IMG/VR virus record: IMGVR_UViG_2675903061_000001 | Location: 1 to 64,000 of that record | Strand: one strand, 5' to 3' | DNA length: 64,000 bases | Source of the DNA: a virus | Taxonomy: Duplodnaviria; Caudoviricetes | Notes under the pieces: generated by a model | Told to the model about the DNA's origin: nothing | Databases searched by the model: none | The model's input: only the letters and a program-made list of their open reading frames with translations | Made by a program: the position numbers and the translations under genes | In this document: in pieces, positions 29,225-41,168 of the stretch | Numbering within the stretch: position 1 is the first letter of the stretch | Layout of the letters: the number at the start of each line of letters is the position of its first letter

Positions 29225-30127
29225 GTGAGCCTCGACGCCATGCACTGGGTGTGGAACCACTCCCAGACGCGAGGGAACGCCCGCCTGGCCCTGCTCTTCG
29301 TAGCGGACCAGGTGCGTACCCCGGCGTGCGAGGTGCGCGTCAGCGTGGCCGACCTCATGTGCGCGCTGAACGCCTCCAGGAACACCGCGAGGGAGGCGAT
29401 CCGGGCGGCCGAGGAGACCGGGGAACTGGAGACGATCGAGCCGGCATCGGGTCGCCGCGCGGCGCTGTACCGGCTCCCGAAGGCGGTCGGGCACGTCCAG
29501 CCGAGCTCTCGTAGAGGGTCAGAACTTGACCCTCTAGAAAACCGTAGAGGGTCAGAACTTGACCCCCTACGGCCCGGCCCCTCCCCCCGTAGAGGGTCAG
29601 AACTTGACCCCCTAGAAAACCGTAGAGGGTCAACTTTCGACCGTAGAGGGTCAGAACTTGACCCCCCTTACCCACACCCAACTACTAACCAGCAAGCAGG
29701 CACGGGCGCGGGTGAGGCCAGCAGCGACCAGACGGACGTCTTCACCGTCTGCGGTCCGCTCATCCAGGCGATGACCGACGCCGGGATCACCGTCTCCTGG
29801 GACATGTCCACCGAGCAGTGGATGGAGACCGTCCGCGTCGTCCAGCGCGCCGGTGTCGACGCCATGGTCGAGTTCGCCCTCAAGACGATGCCGACCGCCA
29901 AGACGCCGGTCCGGTTCGCCAAGTTCTTCCTCGCCGCCGGATGGCGCGGCCTGCCCCCGGCCAGCGCCCGTCAGCCGTCGCAAGCCCGAATGCCCCGTTC
30001 GCTGCCGCCGCATTGCGGTGAGTGCGACCCGGACACCCGCCTCCGCTCCGGCGAGACACCCGACGGATTCCGCGTCGTCGCCCCCTGCCCCGACTGCCAC
30101 CCGAACCGTGAAGGAGCCGCCGCGTGA
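29225..30127 (+). CDS. Phage replication initiator (lambda O-like layout)
   Basis: N-terminal wHTH (WVWNHS...ARLALL), internal iterons, followed by DnaB. Confidence 0.85.
   Translation: MSLDAMHWVWNHSQTRGNARLALLFVADQVRTPACEVRVSVADLMCALNASRNTAREAIRAAEETGELETIEPASGRRAALYRLPKAVGHVQPSSRRGSELDPLENRRGSELDPLRPGPSPRRGSELDPLENRRGSTFDRRGSELDPPYPHPTTNQQAGTGAGEASSDQTDVFTVCGPLIQAMTDAGITVSWDMSTEQWMETVRVVQRAGVDAMVEFALKTMPTAKTPVRFAKFFLAAGWRGLPPASARQPSQARMPRSLPPHCGECDPDTRLRSGETPDGFRVVAPCPDCHPNREGAAA
29510..29664. repeat. Iterons / replication origin
   Basis: CGTAGAGGGTCAGAACTTGACCC at 29510, 29543, 29588, 29642, plus a variant at 29621; each holds the GGGTCA-N5-TGACCC inverted repeat; locally AT-richer. Confidence 0.9.
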
Positions 30128-31566
30128 GCCACCAGTACGCCGCCGAGCCCGGCTACGCCCCCGCCGGACCCGAGCCCGACATGGAGCCGGAGCTGGCCGC
30201 TCCGGCGCTGCGGATACCGCGGGACGAGGCCGCCGAGAAGGCGGTCCTGGGCGCCATGCTCATCTCCCCGGCCGCCGTCAACGACGCCGAGGACGTCCTC
30301 GGCGACGGCAGAGCCTTCCGCCACTCCTCCGCCGCCCACCCGCTGATCTACCGGGCGATCCTCGCCGTCCACGGCCGCCCGGGAGTGGACGCCGACCCCA
30401 TCACCGTCGCCGACCAGCTCCGCGCCACCGGCGACCTCGACCGCGCAGGCGGACCCGGCTACCTCCACCGCCTCGCCGGGGAGGTGTCCACCGCCGCGAA
30501 CTGCGCCTACTACGCCGAGATCGTGCAGGACAAGCACCGCCTCGCGGAGATTCTCGCCGTGGCGATGCGCACCATCGGCCGGGTCCACGAGGCCGGGGCC
30601 GAGCCGGAGCAGATCCTGGACGAGCTGACCACCGAGTGCCACGCCCTGCTCGCGGCGAACGCCGGCCAGACCGAGAAGCTGTCCGTGGCGGACCGGTGGG
30701 AGGGCTTCGTTGACGAGCTCTCCGCCGGTAAGGACCCGGACGCCATGGACACCCCGTGGCCCGACCTCAACGACAAGATCGTCTTCAAGCCGAAGGAGCT
30801 GGCGGTCGTCGGCGCCGCGACCGGCGGCGGCAAATCCATCCTGGGGCTGAACCTCGGCGCGCACGTCGCGCTGCGCCGCGGCCAGCCGGCCGCGGTGTTC
30901 TCCATGGAGATGTCCGGCAAGGAACTCCTCGCCCGCCTCACCGCGGCCGAGGCCGAGGTCGACCTGAGCCACCTGATCCACCGGCGCCTCACCGACTCCG
31001 ACTGGCAGCGCATCGCCCGTGTCGAGGAGCGGATGCGGAACGCCCGGCACTTCATCCTCGACGACCAGCCCGGGTTGACCGTCGGGAAGATCCGGGCCCG
31101 GGTGCGGTGGATGACGGCGCAGGGCATGCGGCCGGGCCTGGTGGTCGTGGACTACATGCAGCTCATCACCCCCGAGGCCACACGCTCGGAGGCGTCACGG
31201 GCGCAGGAGGTCGCGAAGATCTCCCGGGGTTTGAAGCTGCTGGCGGCCGAGGCCGACGTGCCGGTGATCGCCCTGGCCCAGTTCAACCGCGCCTCCGTGG
31301 GGCGCAAGCCGCAGGTCACCGATTTCAAGGACTCCTCGCAGATCGAGCAGGACGCCAGCGTGATCCTCCTGCTGCACCGGCCGCTGGCCGAGGACGGCTC
31401 GGATGTCGGGGAGCGGGCCGGGGAGGTCGACGTGATCGTCGGCAAGAACCGCAACGGCCCGCAGGGCACCGAGATCCCGCTCGCGTTCCAGGGCCGGTTC
31501 GGCCGGCTGTCCTCCCTCGCCCCGAAGTCTTGGGCTCCGACCGACGCCATTGGAGGCGCAGCATGA
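30124..31566 (+). CDS. dnaB: Replicative DNA helicase, DnaB family
   Basis: AEKAVLGAML, GAATGGGKS, FSMEM, VDYMQL, LAQFNR, IEQDA, KNRNG. Confidence 0.93.
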   Translation: MSHQYAAEPGYAPAGPEPDMEPELAAPALRIPRDEAAEKAVLGAMLISPAAVNDAEDVLGDGRAFRHSSAAHPLIYRAILAVHGRPGVDADPITVADQLRATGDLDRAGGPGYLHRLAGEVSTAANCAYYAEIVQDKHRLAEILAVAMRTIGRVHEAGAEPEQILDELTTECHALLAANAGQTEKLSVADRWEGFVDELSAGKDPDAMDTPWPDLNDKIVFKPKELAVVGAATGGGKSILGLNLGAHVALRRGQPAAVFSMEMSGKELLARLTAAEAEVDLSHLIHRRLTDSDWQRIARVEERMRNARHFILDDQPGLTVGKIRARVRWMTAQGMRPGLVVVDYMQLITPEATRSEASRAQEVAKISRGLKLLAAEADVPVIALAQFNRASVGRKPQVTDFKDSSQIEQDASVILLLHRPLAEDGSDVGERAGEVDVIVGKNRNGPQGTEIPLAFQGRFGRLSSLAPKSWAPTDAIGGAA

Positions 31567-33001
31567 CGACGACCCACAATCCGCTGCCCGTGCTGGGTCT
31601 GTGCCCGGTGTGCGAGGGCGAGGCCCGCATCCGCAAGACCGGCCGCCTGTACGCGCACCGCTGCGCCGGCGACGGCCGCCCGCCCGCCGCGCTGCTGACG
31701 CCGACGTTCGCCCACTGGCTCCACGCCCAGATCACCCGCCGCGACCCCCACGTCAACCCGGTCACCGCCCTGGCTGTGCGGGAGTTCCACGGCTGCAGCC
31801 GTCGCCGCTCGCCGGCGGATGTGCCGTGGTCCACCGCGGAGGAGCTGCACACCGAGATCCACGCCCGCAGCCGGACCGCGGGCGCGGGGCCGTGCTGGTG
31901 GCTGTGCGACGACATCGCCCGTGCCGGAGAGATCCACGCCGGGCTGCTGGCGCAGGTGGGTGGTGGGTCGTGACGGACAACTGCCCGCGGTGTGGCCGGA
32001 AGGCCGCCGCGACCCCGCGCGGCCGGCAGGTCCGCGCCCGCTACCGCTGCCCGCGCGGCCACACCTGGACCACCAGCTACGACCGCGCCGCCTACGGCTT
32101 GACCGACGACACCCCACCCGCCCACTGGACCACCGCCCTGGCCGACACCGAGGAGACCCGCTGATGAGCACCACCCGCCCCAGCGCCGCATTCGACCCGG
32201 CCGCGCCGCTGAACACCCGGCCCGGCATGCCGCTCGGCCACCGCAGCTTCGGCGCCCACTACGACCCGGCATCGACACAGCGCGTCATCGGCCGCCACGT
32301 CTACGTCTTCCGGCGCCTGCCCGGGCGGCTGGATGTGTGGCGCAGCGAGCTGCGGGACGCCCGCGGCGGCTACCGGTGGACCCTCGCCCACCGGTTCGCG
32401 ACGGCCGGGAAGGCGGACCGCTGATGGCCGCCGCGGAGTTTCCGCTGCGGGTGCGGCTGTACGGCGGGCGGCTGGTCCACGCGGGGCGGGAGACGTCGGT
32501 GACCCGCCTCGTCCTCGGGTGCGGCGCGAATGCCGACGCCGCGTCCCGTGCCCCGCTGCTCCTGCCGTCCGGCACGGCGGTCACCTGCCGCCGCTGCGAA
32601 GCCCGAGAGGACGCCGCCTGATGACCCGTGGATACGGCCGCACGCGGGGCTACCGCCCGCAGGACAGCGAACTGCGCCCCGGCAAGACCGTCGTGCCGTT
32701 CGGCGAACGCACCACCATCTGCCCCGCCTGCCGCAAACACAAGCACGCGTCGTGCTGGGCGCACATGGCCGCGCTCGGCATCGGCGGCGAGGACGGCTGC
32801 CCCTGCGGCTGCCACGAGCCGCTGGACGAGCCCGAGCTGACGGACGAGGCGATCGACGATATGGCCGCCCACGGCACGCTCGCCGAGCACGTCAAGGCGC
32901 GGAAGGCGTGGGCTCTCGGCAGCGGCCCGGCGCACTTCGGCGAGCCGTGCCGCCGCTGCGCCGCCGCAGCAGCCGTCCGCACCGCCGGAGGTGCCCGGTG
33001 A
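31563..33001 (+). CDS. Five small coupled genes (31563-31973, 31970-32164, 32164-32424, 32424-32621, 32621-33001)
   Basis: TGATG/GTGA overlaps; Cys-rich. Confidence 0.55.
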
Positions 33002-33834
33002 AGCCGCCCGTGCCGTACTTCGGCTCCAAAGCCCGCGTCGCCGACTGGATCGCCAGCCTGCTCCCCCCGCACCGGCACTACGTCGAGCCCTACGCCGGCG
33101 GCCTGTCGGTGCTGCTCGCCAAGACGCCCTCGGTGATGGAGACCGCCAACGACCTCGACCACGAGCTGGTCACCTTCTGGCGCGTGCTGCGGGACCGGCC
33201 GGCCGAACTGCTGCGCGCTTGCATGCTCACCCCGCACTCCCGCGCCGAACTCGCCGCCGCGCACGAGCCCGCACCGCCCGGCGACGACCTGGAGCTCGCG
33301 CGCCGCATCTGGTGCCGCCTCGCCCAGGGCCGGGCCGGGACGCTGCGGAACACCGGCTGGCGGCACTACATCGACCCCGCCGGGTCGGCGACCGGCATGC
33401 CCGGCTACATGGCCGCCTACCGTGACCGGCTCGCCGCAGCTGCGGAGCGGCTGGCCGCGGTATCGCTGGAATGCCTGCCCGCTCTGGAGATCATCCGCAA
33501 GTACGGCGCCGCCGAAAACGTGCTGCTGTACGTCGACCCGCCGTACCTGGGCAGCACCCGCCCGTGGTCGAACTACCGGTGCGAGATGCGGGGCGAGGGA
33601 GAGCACCGGGAGCTCGCGGCCGCGTTGGCCGGCTGTTCCGCGGCGGTGGTGCTGTCGGGCTACGACTCGCCGCTGTACGCGGAGCTGTACGCGGGCTGGC
33701 ACCGGGCGGAGCGCCGGACGATGACCGGCAATGCGACCCGCGGTGACAAGGGCCGGGTCGAGGTCCTGTGGTCGAACCGGCCGCTCACCGTGCCGGAGCC
33801 GGCCGCCCTGTTCGCGGCAGAGGCCGCCCGATGA
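32998..33834 (+). CDS. DNA adenine methyltransferase (Dam/D12 class)
   Basis: PYFGSK, YVEPYAGG, YVDPPY, EVLWSN. Confidence 0.92.
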   Translation: MKPPVPYFGSKARVADWIASLLPPHRHYVEPYAGGLSVLLAKTPSVMETANDLDHELVTFWRVLRDRPAELLRACMLTPHSRAELAAAHEPAPPGDDLELARRIWCRLAQGRAGTLRNTGWRHYIDPAGSATGMPGYMAAYRDRLAAAAERLAAVSLECLPALEIIRKYGAAENVLLYVDPPYLGSTRPWSNYRCEMRGEGEHRELAAALAGCSAAVVLSGYDSPLYAELYAGWHRAERRTMTGNATRGDKGRVEVLWSNRPLTVPEPAALFAAEAAR

Positions 33835-35611
33835 CCTACGCAAGCGTGCCCGCCCCGGGGGTATCGGGGCGGGCGCCCACCTACCACACCACACCGGAGG
33901 ACCTGATGCCCGAGTACTACCCGAACGGGGGCGCGGCGCAGGGCGCTGCGATGGAGCACAACGCCCGCCTCGCCGCCCGCACCCGCCACACCGGCCCCGC
34001 CACGCCGCCCCAGGGCGGCTCTGAGCGCCCCGCAGCCCCTCCGGTGACCAACGAGACGTCCGGGGCCGGGAACGGCCCTCAGGCGGGCGCTGAGCGCCTC
34101 GGCGACCACCGCTGCGGCAACTGCGATGGCATCGACCCCGCCTCGTGCGCCCTCCGGGGCACTCAGCCGCCGTCTGGCGGCCCCACAGCCCTCCCGGCGG
34201 ACGTGGAGCCGCACGAGGGCGCCCCGGGCCGTCAGACGGGCGCTGAGGCGCTCACGGTCGCCGATTTCCCCGGGCGGCCCGGCGTCGCCCTGATCACCCT
34301 CCGCGCCGTCGAGTACGTCGACACCCAGCCCGGCACCGTCGAGATCGGCCTCGACACCGCCGTGATCCCCGAACTCCGCGCCGCTCTCGCCCAGCACGGC
34401 CGTCCCGCCGGTGGCCTGGACTATCTGGTCGGCCGGCTGCTGCGCGCGGCCGACGCCTGGGAGCGGCGGTTCCCCGACGCCGTCCGCACCGCGACCGTGG
34501 CCGACGCCGTCCGCGCCATGGCCGAAGCCGCCCTCGCGCGCCGCGACACCACCGACCCGTCGCCGGACGTACAGGGCCGCTGCCCCGCCTGCGGCAAGCC
34601 GTCGCTGTTCCTCGGCGCGGGCGGCCACGTCACGTGCCGCCGCCTCGACTGCCCCAACCCCAGCGCAGCCGACGACCTGCTCCACGCCGGACCGCAGCCG
34701 GACCCGGCCACGCTGACGGACGTCATGGCCGGCCTGCACCGGCTCGTCGCCGACTGGGAAACCACGCCCGGCACCGTCTCCTACGCCGCCGCGGCCGGAG
34801 CCCTCCGCCTCGCCCTCACCCGCACCCAGGAGACCCGCCGTGCCTGAACCCGAGAACACCCCACGCCAGCACGTCGAGTGGTTTGTGCAGGAGCAAATGC
34901 CCGATGGCACGTGGGATCAGGCATCCCGTGCCATCCTCGACCGCCCGGCCGCCGAATACCGCAGAGAGCGGCTGGCCGACCGCTACGCCGGCGTGCGGTT
35001 CCGGGTCGCCCGCCGCACCACCACGGTCCTGATGGAGCCCGAGCCCGACGACAGCGTCACCGTCCGCCCGACCCGCTACGAGGTGAGCCTGCTGCCGCCC
35101 GGCCACGACGCCTACCCGCACTACCGGCTGTGGGTTGAGGAGCTCGACCGGTACGGGTGGACGGTCCACGACGGGCACGCCTGCCTCGGCGCCGTTGACG
35201 ACGACGGGCGCCTGTGGTGGTCCATCGGCACCAGCGTGTACGGCCGCGACGACGCCTGGACCGCCCGCTACCGCCACCCGGACCTGGACACGGCGCTGCG
35301 CCTCGCGGTGGCCGCCGCACCCCACCTCAACGTCAACGTCCGCACCGCCGCACAGGTACTCGCGGACGCAAAGGAAACCCGCCATGCCTGACACCCCGCG
35401 CCCCGGAGACGTCTACCACTCCTGCGACCCCCGCGGTGGACCCAGCATCCGCATCGAGTCCATCGACCACACCGGCCGCTACGCACACATCGTCGACGCC
35501 GCCACAGGCAAACGCCGCCGCCGCATCCTCCTCACCGCACTCCACGACAGCCCGACCACCCACACCGGCCGGCCCCGCCGCACCGGCTACGCCTTCGAGG
35601 AGCGTCCGTGA
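33831..35611 (+). CDS. Hypothetical genes (33831-34847, 34840-35391, 35384-35611)
   Basis: Coupled ORFs; first appears mosaic. Confidence 0.6.
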
Positions 35612-36042
35612 CCGACTTCCGCCTGATCATCACCGGCTCCCGCGACTGGACCGACACCGCAGCCATCCGCGACGCCCTCGACTACGCCATGTGCTACATC
35701 CAGGAACGCCGCCTCGTCGTCGTGCACGGAGCCTGCCCCACCGGAGCAGACCGGCACGCCGACCAGCTCGCCCGGCAGATGCGCGCCCGGGGCATGCCCG
35801 TGGACATCGAGCCCCACCCGGCCGTCGGGCACCCCACCGAGGATTTCGGCCCCTGGCCCGGGGCGGGGCCACGCCGTAACGCCCACATGATCGCGTTGGG
35901 TGCGGACGCCTGTTACGCGTTCATCCGCCCCTGCGCCAAGCGGCGCTGCCGCCATCCGGGGCCGCACGGCTCTCACGGCGCCACCGGATGCGCCGACCGA
36001 GCGGAAGCCGCCGGGATCCTCGTGCGGAGGTGGACCGCATGA
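35608..36042 (+). CDS. YspA-like SLOG (DUF2493) protein
   Basis: IITGSRDW, VVHGACPTGAD, AGPRRN. Confidence 0.8.
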   Translation: MTDFRLIITGSRDWTDTAAIRDALDYAMCYIQERRLVVVHGACPTGADRHADQLARQMRARGMPVDIEPHPAVGHPTEDFGPWPGAGPRRNAHMIALGADACYAFIRPCAKRRCRHPGPHGSHGATGCADRAEAAGILVRRWTA

Positions 36043-36281
36043 GCAGCCCGGCCCCGGAACAGCAGGAGCGTCCGGTGTGCGCGGACTGCCGCCGGCCGCT
36101 CGTGGACCCCGCGTCCGTCGCGGCCGGCCGGGGCCCGGTGTGCGCCGCGAAACACCACCCCGCCGCCCGCGCACCGCAGGCGCGCCGCGCCGCTGCCGTT
36201 CCGGGGCCGGGCCAGACCTCGCTGCCCATCGCCGCGCAGACCGCCATCACCACCCTGCACATCAACCGGAGCTACCTGTGA
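36039..36281 (+). CDS. DUF6011-like Zn-finger protein
   Basis: CADCRRPLVDPASVAAGRGPVC. Confidence 0.7.
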   Translation: MSSPAPEQQERPVCADCRRPLVDPASVAAGRGPVCAAKHHPAARAPQARRAAAVPGPGQTSLPIAAQTAITTLHINRSYL

Positions 36282-36712
36282 GCCGCACCCACCTCAGCCC
36301 ACGCCAACGCCAAGTCCTCACCCGCATCGCCCACGGCGCCACCTACCGGCAAGTCGCCACCGAACTCGGCGTCAAGGAAGCCACCGTCCGCGGCCACGTC
36401 CACCGCATCCTGACCGACCTCGGCGCCAACTCCTCCGCCCACGCCATCCACATCGCCCACCAGCGCGGACTCCTCGACACCACCGAGCGGCCAGCCGCCC
36501 GGTACGCCACCGAGCTGCTCCTCACCGCGCAGGGCCTGACCGCTGAGCAGGTCGCAGACCGCCTCGGCATCACCCGCGGCGCGGCAGACGACCGCCTCCG
36601 GCAGGCCCGGCGCCTCCTCCGGGCGCGCACGATCGCGCACGCGATCGCCCTCGCCATCCGCTCCGGCCTCGTCCATCCCGACCAGATCACCGAACAGGAC
36701 ACCGCCGCATGA
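36278..36712 (+). CDS. Tandem LuxR-type HTH regulator
   Basis: LSPRQRQVL...VATELGVKEATVRGHV; second HTH QGLTAEQVADRLGI. Confidence 0.8.
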   Translation: MSRTHLSPRQRQVLTRIAHGATYRQVATELGVKEATVRGHVHRILTDLGANSSAHAIHIAHQRGLLDTTERPAARYATELLLTAQGLTAEQVADRLGITRGAADDRLRQARRLLRARTIAHAIALAIRSGLVHPDQITEQDTAA

Positions 36713-39676
36713 CCGACAAACTGGCCGGCCCGGATCTCCTCCGCGCCGCATCCGCACGCCTCCGCCAGCTCGCCGACGCTGCCACCGAAGGGCCGTGGAG
36801 CACCCGATGGAACGGCCAGGACTACGAACTGGTCGGCGCGGGCGAGGTGATCGTCTCCTGGCTCTACACCGTCTCCACCACCGAGCCGCACGCCAGCCAG
36901 CAGCGTGCCGAGTGCGACACCGCGGACGCCGACTACATCGCCGCCATGCACCCGGGCGTCGGCACCGCGCTGGCCGACTGGCTGGACTCAGTCGCGGATG
37001 AGGCCGACCGGCACGCCGCCGGAGGGTGGGGCAACGACGCCACCGAAATCACCGACGGCCACCCGATCACCCTTGCCCGCCAGATCCTCAACACCAAGGA
37101 GTCGAAATGACCGCCCTTCCCCGCCGCTTCCACCTCCACCGCACCGTCGATGTCACCGGAGCCAGCGGCACCGGCCGCGTAGCCGACGGCGTGATGTGGC
37201 CCGACGGCACCGTCAGCATCCGCTGGCGCGGCCCCCGACCCTCCACCGTCACCTGGAACAACCTGGCCGACGCCGAACACGTCCACGGTCACGGCGGCCA
37301 CACCACGATCGTCTGGGACGACCCCGAACCCGCGCCGGACATCTACCTCGGCTCCCCTGGCTGCCCCCATTGCCCCGACGGGCACACCCCGCCCGAACAC
37401 GGCCAGCCCTGGGTCGCCCACGTCGGCCCCGAACGCGACAGCGACGGCCAGCCCACCCACATCCACGTGCAGCGGTCCGGCCTCGCCCACGTCGCCGACT
37501 CCGACGCCCAGTGGGCCGCCGACCGACTCAACGGCACCGCGCCGTGACCGCGCCTGGCCGCCTGCCGCTGCGCCCCGGCCGGCCCCTCGTCCACCGCCGC
37601 CCCAACGGCGCCTGGGGCCGGACCTGCCACTGCGCCGGACGAGGCCCCCTCCACGCCACCACCAGCGAAGCCCACAACCTCCCCTGGTGGGTGGCACTCG
37701 CCGCCGCCCTCGACCACGCCACCCACCGACACCCGGAGCAGCCGATGAGCATCTACGCCTCCTACCCCGGCATCAGCGACGACCCCGACAGCCCCACCGG
37801 CCCGCCCTGGATCTACCAGGGCTCTCACGTCCTCCCGCACGAAGACGACCCCCGCGGCGGCGGCGTCGGACTCGCCGGCATCCCCCCGCACATCACCCGC
37901 GACGGCCGCGACGACCGGTCCGAAAACGAACTCCCGCACCCCTGGCTGCGGCTGTCCCTGGACATGCTGCCGACGGACGACCCGGCGGTCGTCCTCAACC
38001 CGGCGCAGGTGAGGGAACTCATCGCCCAGCTCACCGGCTGGCTCGGCGCCGTCGAGCCCGGCCGGCACATCTACCTGTCCACGTCCTGTCTCCACGGCCG
38101 GCACGGCCGCTGCTCCGCCCCCACCGCCACCAGCGACCACGGCGAGACCTGGACCAAAACCCCCTCCGTTTGCAAGTTCTGCAAATCCCCTTGCGTCTGT
38201 CCCTGCCACCCGAAGGGCCGGACGTGACCTACCTGCTGCTCGCCACCGCCGTCCTATACGCCGCCCGCCACCTTGCCACGGTGGAGCACCGGCACGCCGG
38301 GGCCGCCCCGGCGCCCGACGCCGGACAGTACGCCGTCGGCGCCGTCTACGGCCTCGGCGCCGCCCTCGTCTGGCCCGCCACCCTCCTCACCCACGCCACA
38401 CGCCGAACCGCACCCACGAAGGACACCTGCCAGTGACCGCCACACCCGACTTCGCCGAAACCCACCGCGCCCTCATCGCCGAGCACCTCGGAATCTCACC
38501 CGACGCCGCATGGGCCGGCATCCACTCCCGCGCCGCCAGCATCCGCCGGGCGCTGAACGGCGCCACCCTCCGTGCTTCCAGGGCTGAGAAGAAACTGCTC
38601 CGCGTCCGTCGCCTGGTCGCCGAGGTCCGCAACGAGCGCAAGGCGCAAGGTCTCAGCGTGGACGGAGTCATTCAGCGCCTTGAGGACATCCTCGGCGATC
38701 CCGAGCGGCTCCGGCCAGTGCCGGAGCCCACCGTCGAGACCCTGCCGCCGGCCGACATCGCCGCAGACCTCCGCGACCTGGCCGCCCACGCCCTCAACCC
38801 CCAAGTCACACGGGGCGAGCTGAACGCCCGGCTGCGCACGCTCTCCGACATCGCCCGCGGCCATGAGCCGGTCCACTACACCGCGCCGGGCGAGTGCGGT
38901 CCGGAGTGCTCGGAGGCGCACACCTACACCGGGCCGTGCGCGGCCCGCAGCGCCAGCACCGAGCCGCCGGCCCCGGCCGCCAGCACGAACCTGCCGCCCG
39001 CCGCCCCCGGCCACACCTTCACCGTCGAGTACGGCGGCGGGGAGCGCCGCCAGCTCGACTGGACCACCGCATGGACCATGGACGGCACCGCCCGCGCCAC
39101 CTGCACATGCGGGCTGGACACCGGATGGACGAGGTACGACACCGCCCACGCGATCGTGCGCCTCCACCTCCCCGACCACTGGCCGGCCGCGCCGCTCACC
39201 GCCGACCAGCTCGGCCGCCTGATGCGCGCCGCCGAACGCGGAGGCGACGACGGCAAATGGCACGACATCGGCGAGCCGTGGCGCGAGCACTACCGGCAGC
39301 ACGCCGCCTACCTGCTGGAACGCCTCCACATCACCCCGAAGGAGGGCTGAGCCATGGACACACTCGCCCTGATCAACGTCGGCGCCCCGTGTCCCCTGTG
39401 CGAGCAGCTCATTCCGCTGCCGTTCACCCACCACACCACCGAGGCCACCCGGTACGGCGCCGCAACCGCAGCCCAGGTAGACCCCGCGCCACTGTTCGAC
39501 CACATCAACACCGAGCACACCGAGGAGCAGCCCCGATGACCTACATCGACGACACCCGCAATGCACTCGCCGCCAAACCCCCCGGCGAGGCCCCCGAACT
39601 GCTGGACCTGTACACACTGCTCACGCTGGTCAAGGGCCCAGCCGTCACTTGCCCCAACTGCCTCAACCTGCTCTGA
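36709..39676 (+). CDS. Run of small mosaic genes (36709-37110, 37107-37547, 37544-38227, 38224-38436, 38433-39350, 39354-39539, 39536-39676)
   Basis: Overlapping stop/start codons, RBSs. Confidence 0.55.
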
Positions 39677-39746
39677 CCCAGGCGCCCGGCCGACCCCGCC
39701 GGCCGGGCACCCGCACCCGCCCGACCCGCGCCATCCGGAGCCGACC

Positions 39747-40541
39747 ATGACCACCCCGCCCACCACCGAACCGGCCGCCGCGCCCCGCTGCGTCGCCTGC
39801 AACCGCCGCCTCCACCCCACCCAAGCCACACGCTGGGCATGCGACGACTGCGAGACCCAGGCACGCGAACACCTCGGCGACATCCCCCGCTACTACCGCG
39901 CCGTCACCACCGCCCCCGTCGCACTCGGCTCCAACTGGGGCGCCGCACTCGGCACCACCATTCCCGGCTCCCGAACCCCGCCCGGCTTCGACCCCGGCAC
40001 AGCCGACCTCGCCAGCCACGACCCCGTCGGCATCCTCCCCGCCCTCCACCAGGCGGTGCAGGACTGGGTACGCGCCGCCCGCGACACCGGCACCGCCCTG
40101 GAGCCGCCTGCGGGCCCGCCCTCGCCGCTCGCCCGAGTGGCCGTGTACTGCCGGTGGCTGCGCTGGCACCTGAACTGGGCCTGCGGCAACGTCCCCGACA
40201 TCGACCGCCTCCTCCGCGCCGCCGCCGATGCGCACCGGCAACTCCGCCCCCGCGCCACCGGTGAACGGCCTGAGCGCGTCATATGGCGCGCCTGCCCGTG
40301 TGGAGGGCGTATCGGGTGGCGCCTGTCCAAGGACCGGTACCGGTGCGCCGTCTGCGGCACCGCCTACACCCGCGACACCGCCCGCGACCTCCCCCCGGCC
40401 CCCCGCACCAGAGCCGCCGCCGTCGACGTCGGCATGACCGAGATCCCTGTCAGCGACATCCCGCTGTGCAGTGACCTCTACGACTTCTGGCCCTACGCAA
40501 GGCCCGGGTGGAGCGCGCCCTGGCGCCTCCTCGACCAGTAG
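39747..40541 (+). CDS. Zn-finger phage protein (possible late transcription factor)
   Basis: CVAC..CDDC N-terminus, CPCGG..CAVCG C-terminus; last gene of early arm. Confidence 0.6.
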   Translation: MTTPPTTEPAAAPRCVACNRRLHPTQATRWACDDCETQAREHLGDIPRYYRAVTTAPVALGSNWGAALGTTIPGSRTPPGFDPGTADLASHDPVGILPALHQAVQDWVRAARDTGTALEPPAGPPSPLARVAVYCRWLRWHLNWACGNVPDIDRLLRAAADAHRQLRPRATGERPERVIWRACPCGGRIGWRLSKDRYRCAVCGTAYTRDTARDLPPAPRTRAAAVDVGMTEIPVSDIPLCSDLYDFWPYARPGWSAPWRLLDQ

Positions 40542-40616
40542 TCGGTCCTCGCGCAGGCCGTGCGCGGCACGAAGCGAGTCCCCGCCGGCACCCGCGGCGG
40601 GGACTCGCCCGATACG

Positions 40617-41021
40617 TCAGAAGATCACGCCGGCCGTCGCCGCGCGCAGCACGCCCACCTTGTCCGCCAGCGCTGCGAGGAGCCGCTCGGCCGCCGGCAG
40701 GTCCAGTTCCGCCGCATCCCCCGTCGGGTCCGTCACCAGTAGCCGAGGCCCGTGGCCGGGGGACCACCACAGTTCCACGCCCACCCCCGGAGCGACCGAA
40801 TCGAGCGGGGAGAAGTGCCCGATGTCGCCGAGCTCGGCCACGCGTTGTCCCTCATGGTCCACCCTGCACCACGACGGGCACGCGACCAGCGTCGGCACCC
40901 CAGCGACCAGGACCGTCACCGTCCGCGGAACAGCCTGCGATCCTTCAGGGTGCGCCGCCGTGCCGTGTTCCGTGCCCCCGGCTGGGTCACGCCAGGACAC
41001 TAGACCCCCTGCTACCGTCAT
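40617..41021 (-). CDS. DUF6907-like hypothetical protein
   Basis: CPSWCRVDH...DIGH motif; RBS GGAG before ATG 41021. Confidence 0.6.
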   Translation of the reverse strand: MTVAGGLVSWRDPAGGTEHGTAAHPEGSQAVPRTVTVLVAGVPTLVACPSWCRVDHEGQRVAELGDIGHFSPLDSVAPGVGVELWWSPGHGPRLLVTDPTGDAAELDLPAAERLLAALADKVGVLRAATAGVIF

Positions 41022-41168
41022 AGTCGACTCCGTCTCTTTGAGCTGGGACGAGTTGTTCAGCGGGCTGCGAACCCGCTGGTTCTTGCGGCGGCCGGGTGTT
41101 GGTAGCACCCGGCCGCCGTGCAGCCTGGCGACGAGAGCACGGTGGCAGCCGTGGATACCGAAACGCCA

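Noticed and set aside
29510-29664. Repeats as a CRISPR array
   Set aside because: Spacers are 0-22 bp and partly identical, the array lies in-frame inside the initiator gene, and there are no cas genes; these are iterons.
20735-33834. Restriction-modification systems
   Set aside because: No cognate endonuclease next to any methyltransferase.
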